32,577 nt of DNA, taken from contig CAYVAH010000003.1 of the NCBI GenBank assembly GCA_964449215.1, forward strand, positions 1-32,577, in the 5' to 3' direction. The notes under the pieces are model-generated. The model did not search any database. It was not told the origin of the DNA and saw only the letters and a list, made by a program, of their open reading frames with translations. The position numbers were made by a program, and so were the translations under genes. Source of the DNA: Candidatus Undinarchaeota archaeon (GTDB lineage Archaea; SpSt-1190). This document shows, one piece after another, positions 26,736 to 32,577 of the stretch (positions are counted from its first letter, which is position 1; every line of letters starts with the position of its first letter).

Positions 26736-27179
26736 TTGCCTTTCGTGGAGAAGCCAAGGGTGCTGGACACGGGAGTCTTCATAGAAGGCACTCTTATCGA
26801 GGGTGTCACCTCGAGAACTGTTGCCGAGGAAACGGATGTGCCTCCAACAGTGAGGGTGTTCCAACCCAGGGAAGAGTCAGTGGAGGCTGTGAAGGCCGCG
26901 GCCAGGAGAACAGGGGACCTCGATGTGCTCAGCCGGGCGGACCTTGACGTGCTGGCACTGGCATACGAGCTGCATGGAGTGGTGGTCACCAACGACTTTG
27001 CCATTCAGAACGTGGCATCCGAGATGGGGATTTCCTGGGAGGGTAGCAAGGGAATATCCAGGAAGATAGACTGGGAGTGGTACTGCCCCGCCTGCTGGAA
27101 GAAGTATCCACGGCGGGGAGTGTGTGAGGTCTGCGGAACCCCCACAAAGAGGCGACCGAAAAAGACAAAAATATTATAA
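26736..27179 (+). CDS. nob1: Nob1 family endoribonuclease (PIN + Zn ribbon)
   Basis: VLDTGVFI, LSRADLDVLALA, TNDFAIQNVA, CPAC..CEVCG. Exact start uncertain. Confidence 0.88.
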   Translation: MPFVEKPRVLDTGVFIEGTLIEGVTSRTVAEETDVPPTVRVFQPREESVEAVKAAARRTGDLDVLSRADLDVLALAYELHGVVVTNDFAIQNVASEMGISWEGSKGISRKIDWEWYCPACWKKYPRRGVCEVCGTPTKRRPKKTKIL

Positions 27180-27201
27180 AAACGCCTCTCACACACCTTA
27201 A

Positions 27202-27666
27202 GTGGCGAGGATATACGCCCATAAAAGGGGAAAAAGCGGGAGTAAGCGTCCTTTTAGGAGTAGCTCTCCCTCCTGGGTGAATTACTCCAAGGAAGAGGTC
27301 GCCCAGCTGGTTGTGAAGCTCGCCAAGGACGGGAACCCGCCCGCGATGATAGGGACAATACTGCGTGACTCCTATGGAATTCCCTCCGTGAAGCTCCTGA
27401 CCGGGAAGAGGGTCGTGGAAATTCTTGAAGAGGCAAAACTGACAAAGGAAGTCCCGCAGGACCTTTTTGATCTGCTCAAAAAATCCGTGAAGCTCAGGGA
27501 GCACCTGAACAGGAACAAGGGGGACCTCCACAGCAAGAGGGGTCTGCAACAAACGGAAATGAAAATTCTCCGGCTGGTAAAATACTACAAGAAGAAGGGG
27601 AAGTTGCCGGAGGGCTGGAAATACAGCCCGGAAACAGCGAAGGTCATTGTAAGTGGTGGTAGATGA
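27202..27666 (+). CDS. rps15: 30S ribosomal protein S15 (uS15)
   Basis: [52 protein letters not shown]. Confidence 0.96.
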   Translation: MARIYAHKRGKSGSKRPFRSSSPSWVNYSKEEVAQLVVKLAKDGNPPAMIGTILRDSYGIPSVKLLTGKRVVEILEEAKLTKEVPQDLFDLLKKSVKLREHLNRNKGDLHSKRGLQQTEMKILRLVKYYKKKGKLPEGWKYSPETAKVIVSGGR

Positions 27667-28226
27667 TGGCGAGGAGAATAACCACAAAGGACAAGTGGAA
27701 AGCCAAGACCTGGTACACCATAGTCGCACCAAAGGACTTTGGGGAAACCCCTGTGGGGGAAACCCCTGCAAGCGACCCGAAAATGGTTGTGGGAAGGAGG
27801 GTGGAGGTGGCGGCAAACGATGTGGCAAGCGGGAAGGGACTGAACCATGTAAAGCTGATTTTTGAGGTGGAAAAGGTAGTGGGAACAACCGCCCACACCC
27901 GGCTGGTGGGTTATGAGGTTGTCAGGAGTTACATAAGGAGTATAGTCCGGCGGAGGAGGAAAAGGATTGACCTGGTGAAGGACCTGAAAATAGGCGGGAG
28001 AAAACTCAGGGTGAAACTCATAACCATGACTGCCGGCAAGTGCTATGCGACCCAGGAGAGGGACATAAGGAAGGTTCTGGAGGAATCCCTCAAGTCACCT
28101 GCAAAAACCGTTGAGGAGTTCATGGCGTCCGTTCTCAGCAGGGAGCTTCAGGGCTCCATGAAAGAGAAGGCTAAAAAGGTATTCCCCATCACAAACGTGG
28201 AAATAAGGAGAATTGAATTTCTCTAG
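27663..28226 (+). CDS. rps3ae: 30S ribosomal protein S3Ae (eS1)
   Basis: [44 protein letters not shown]. Confidence 0.95.
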   Translation: MMARRITTKDKWKAKTWYTIVAPKDFGETPVGETPASDPKMVVGRRVEVAANDVASGKGLNHVKLIFEVEKVVGTTAHTRLVGYEVVRSYIRSIVRRRRKRIDLVKDLKIGGRKLRVKLITMTAGKCYATQERDIRKVLEESLKSPAKTVEEFMASVLSRELQGSMKEKAKKVFPITNVEIRRIEFL

Positions 28227-28420
28227 AGCTCCTTTATTGTGTTAACGGCTGTGGCAATCCACAGCACACCCCCCATAAACACCAGCAGGAACGCCACAAA
28301 AAATGTCAGGAGGGCATCCGCCGTGGCCGCCTCTGAAAAACGGAAGTTCGATGTGAGAAGGGCCCCGAGCAGTATCGAAAAGGAGCCAAAAGCCAGGAAA
28401 GCAACATCCTTGGTCTGCAT
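28223..28420 (-). CDS. small two-TM membrane protein (65 aa)
   Basis: Two hydrophobic helices; TAATG overlap with the upstream Lys-rich gene. Confidence 0.7.
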   Translation of the reverse strand: MQTKDVAFLAFGSFSILLGALLTSNFRFSEAATADALLTFFVAFLLVFMGGVLWIATAVNTIKEL

Positions 28421-28752
28421 TATTTCTTCACCCTCTTGGCGGATTTCCGGGCGGTCCGCTTCTTGGTCGTCTTCTTGGCTGTTTTCTTCGCTGGCTTCTT
28501 TGCCTTGGCCGCCTTCTTGGTCTTCCTGGTGGTCTTCTTGGTTATTCTCTTGGTCTTCCTGGCAGGTTTCTTGGCACTCTTCTTGGCCTTCTTGGTCTTC
28601 CTGGTGGTCTTCTTTGGCTTCGCAGGTTCAGCTCCTATCTCCGCAACCTGGTCGAGTCCGAGGTCAAATTTCTCAGCCTCTTCAAGCTTCTCCATAACAT
28701 CGTTGGAAGACTCCCTCGAACCGAACAACCAACCGAATATCTTACGTAACAT
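28420..28752 (-). CDS. histone H1-like Lys/Ala/Thr-rich protein
   Basis: AAGGAGG SD; N-terminal amphipathic MLRKIFGWLFG, acidic linker, and a 67-aa tail with 37 K/R and no acidic residue. Confidence 0.8.
   Translation of the reverse strand: MLRKIFGWLFGSRESSNDVMEKLEEAEKFDLGLDQVAEIGAEPAKPKKTTRKTKKAKKSAKKPARKTKRITKKTTRKTKKAAKAKKPAKKTAKKTTKKRTARKSAKRVKK
28511..28614. repeat. 29-bp exact direct repeat in the Lys-rich gene
   Basis: GCCTTCTTGGTCTTCCTGGTGGTCTTCTT at 28511-28539 and 28586-28614, encoding KKTTRKTKKA twice. Confidence 0.9.
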
Positions 28753-28773
28753 ACAAAAGTAAATCCTCCTTAA

Positions 28774-29697
28774 CTAATAAACTTTCCTGAGCTTCACCCT
28801 CTTCTCCTTCTCGCGCAGGACCTCCTCAACCATCCTGTCGAGTGTTTCAGCAACAGCCAGCCCCAGTTCCTCCGCCTCCCCACCGGAAAGGAAGGTCCGG
28901 AAAGGCGTGGAGAGCTTGAACTTCACGGACCACACTCCCCTCTTCCCCAAGTGAAAGCTCGCATGCGACACGGGAGTGACCCGCGTAATTTTTTTCATGG
29001 CCTCCGCCACCTGGAGCTTCAGGGCCTCCCCATCCTCCGAAGGCAAGAACTCCAGACCGGAGTAAAACACCGGAGCTTCCTGCTCTCTGAAACTGGCAGC
29101 AAGCGCCAGCACGTCCTTCCTCGTCACCACACCGATGGGAGTTCTCCGCTTATCCACGACTATCACAGGACCCTTCATCAGCTTGTCAATTACAAGCTTC
29201 ACATGCGTTCCCGCCCTGGCTATCAAAGGTCTCCTGGAGAGCTTCCCATTAACCCAAGCAGCCACGAGCTTCCCGGAATCGTTCACCACAGGGACCACTC
29301 CCTGAACCTTCTTCGCCCGCTCACTCACCGCCTTGACGGGGCACATAACAGCCCTGGCTTCCCTCCTGGCGAGTGGGGTGTCCCTGAGATTCCTGAGAAT
29401 CGCCTCCTCCGTCACGGCCAGCAGCTTCCGCCCCTTGACCGGATAGGCATCAACACCGTGCTCAACCATCAGACGGGCAACCTCCGGAACATCGGTCTCC
29501 GGAGGCACGGGGTCCACCTTCACAGCAAAGTCCCTGAATCTCCCCCTCGGAACAGCCCTTGAAGCAAGGGCACGGTCAATCACATAAACATCCCCCGAGT
29601 CCTCTGCAAGCACAGGGCGATCAGTGACCCTGAATTTCCCAACAGTCCCCTCAAGGCTGACAATCAAAGGGACCTCTGCCAGCTCACCAACATTCAT
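28774..29697 (-). CDS. CBS-domain protein with C-terminal HPF/RaiA-like domain (archaeal ribosome hibernation factor-like)
   Basis: Degenerate CBS repeats (PETDVPEVARLMVEHGVDAYPV; VPVVNDSGKL; PIGVVTRKDVL). The last ~100 aa follow the HPF beta-alpha-beta-beta-beta-alpha pattern ending LGLAVAETLDRMVEEVLREKEK. Confidence 0.72.
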   Translation of the reverse strand: MNVGELAEVPLIVSLEGTVGKFRVTDRPVLAEDSGDVYVIDRALASRAVPRGRFRDFAVKVDPVPPETDVPEVARLMVEHGVDAYPVKGRKLLAVTEEAILRNLRDTPLARREARAVMCPVKAVSERAKKVQGVVPVVNDSGKLVAAWVNGKLSRRPLIARAGTHVKLVIDKLMKGPVIVVDKRRTPIGVVTRKDVLALAASFREQEAPVFYSGLEFLPSEDGEALKLQVAEAMKKITRVTPVSHASFHLGKRGVWSVKFKLSTPFRTFLSGGEAEELGLAVAETLDRMVEEVLREKEKRVKLRKVY

Positions 29698-29706
29698 ACA
29701 ATCACC

Positions 29707-32034
<2,328 letters not shown>

Positions 32035-32484
32035 CTATTTGATGGGTATGTCAACCCTCTCCTTCTCTTTCGGCTCAACCCTCACCAGCTTCACTTCGAG
32101 TATCCCGTTCTTGTAGGTTGCCTCCGCACCCTGTTTCTTCACCCTGGCTGGCAAAGAGACCTCCTTCACGAAAACCATGGAGCTCGCTGAAAAACTCCCC
32201 TTCTTCCGCTTCTGCTCCTCCCTCCTCGCACTTATCACCAGGCGCTGATTCCCGAACTCATCGTCCTTTATCCGGAGCTTTATGTCCTTCTTCTCCACTC
32301 CGGGAACCTCAGCGGTCACGATAATCCTGTCCTTCTCCTCCCGGACATCCACAAGGGGTTCCCTGACAAATCCCTCCTCCGTTACTGCGGGCCTCGGAAA
32401 CCACTCATCGTCCCAGAAGAAAGGCCCGAAAAACAGCTTCTTCCAGACCCTTCTTATCTCATCGAACGGATCCACCTCCACCAC
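32035..32484 (-). CDS. hsp20: small heat shock protein Hsp20
   Basis: EPLVDV, AEVPGVEKKDI, ATYKNGILEVKL alpha-crystallin motifs. The start may be a downstream in-frame GTG (32481 or 32475). Confidence 0.94.
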   Translation of the reverse strand: MVEVDPFDEIRRVWKKLFFGPFFWDDEWFPRPAVTEEGFVREPLVDVREEKDRIIVTAEVPGVEKKDIKLRIKDDEFGNQRLVISARREEQKRKKGSFSASSMVFVKEVSLPARVKKQGAEATYKNGILEVKLVRVEPKEKERVDIPIK

Positions 32485-32489
32485 CTCCT

Positions 32490-32532
32490 TAAGGTTACTT
32501 TCAGTAACTAAACTGTTTTCAGGCTTTAAAAA
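32490..32532 (-). promoter_or_regulatory. heat-shock promoter: TATA plus Phr/HSR1-like palindromic operator
   Basis: Minus strand TTTTTAAA (32532-32525), then TTTAGTTACTGAAAGTAACCTTA (32512-32490) with core GTTAC-N5-GTAAC, then SD AGGAGGTG. Confidence 0.7.
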
Positions 32533-32577
32533 CCTTGTTCAGAAAAGAATAAAAATCACCACGACTGGTATTGGGTT

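Noticed and set aside
26705..27004. 100-aa N-terminal extension of Dph5 in the ORF track
   Set aside because: It is the antisense shadow of nob1; Dph5 homology begins at MLFLVGMGL (26704).
12437..28614. CRISPR array
   Set aside because: The only repeats found are a 10-bp tandem and a two-copy coding repeat; no repeat-spacer periodicity and no cas genes.
28239..28762. Hydrophobic and Ser/Trp-rich plus-strand ORFs (28436-28762, 28239-28697)
   Set aside because: Antisense readings of the low-complexity Lys-rich gene; the minus-strand gene has an SD and operon context.

Overview
Gene-dense archaeal chromosome segment of roughly 50-55% GC, judged by eye. The compact housekeeping genes and the type of pilus ATPase suggest a DPANN-like lineage, which is an inference. 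Core functions present: three tRNAs (partial Ala-like, Thr-UGU, Phe-GAA), radB, leuS, an RPA subunit, rpoL, DUF99, minD, hel308, dph5, nob1, rps15, rps3ae, and an Lrp/asparagine synthetase divergon. Two larger systems stand out. (1) A type IV pilus-like locus (about 12.5-26 kb) with one assembly ATPase, one TadC/ArlJ-like platform and about 20 pilin-like or single-TM genes. These include three micro-ORFs missing from the ORF track, a paralogous triplet ending in a LamG adhesin, and a Cys-rich paralog family. (2) A minus-strand five-gene operon: hsp20 - cdc48 - CBS/HPF-like ribosome hibernation factor - histone-H1-like Lys-rich protein - small membrane protein, headed by a Phr/HSR1-like heat-shock operator. 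This is a candidate stress/dormancy module. Also seen: a structured ~130-nt element between tRNA-Phe and the pilus ATPase, an unannotated CPxCG zinc-ribbon microprotein, a 3x10-bp tandem repeat, and a recurrent TATA-to-start spacing of about 27 nt that implies near-leaderless mRNAs (often GUG) and near-leaderless tRNAs. All calls come from motif reading; no database searches were run.
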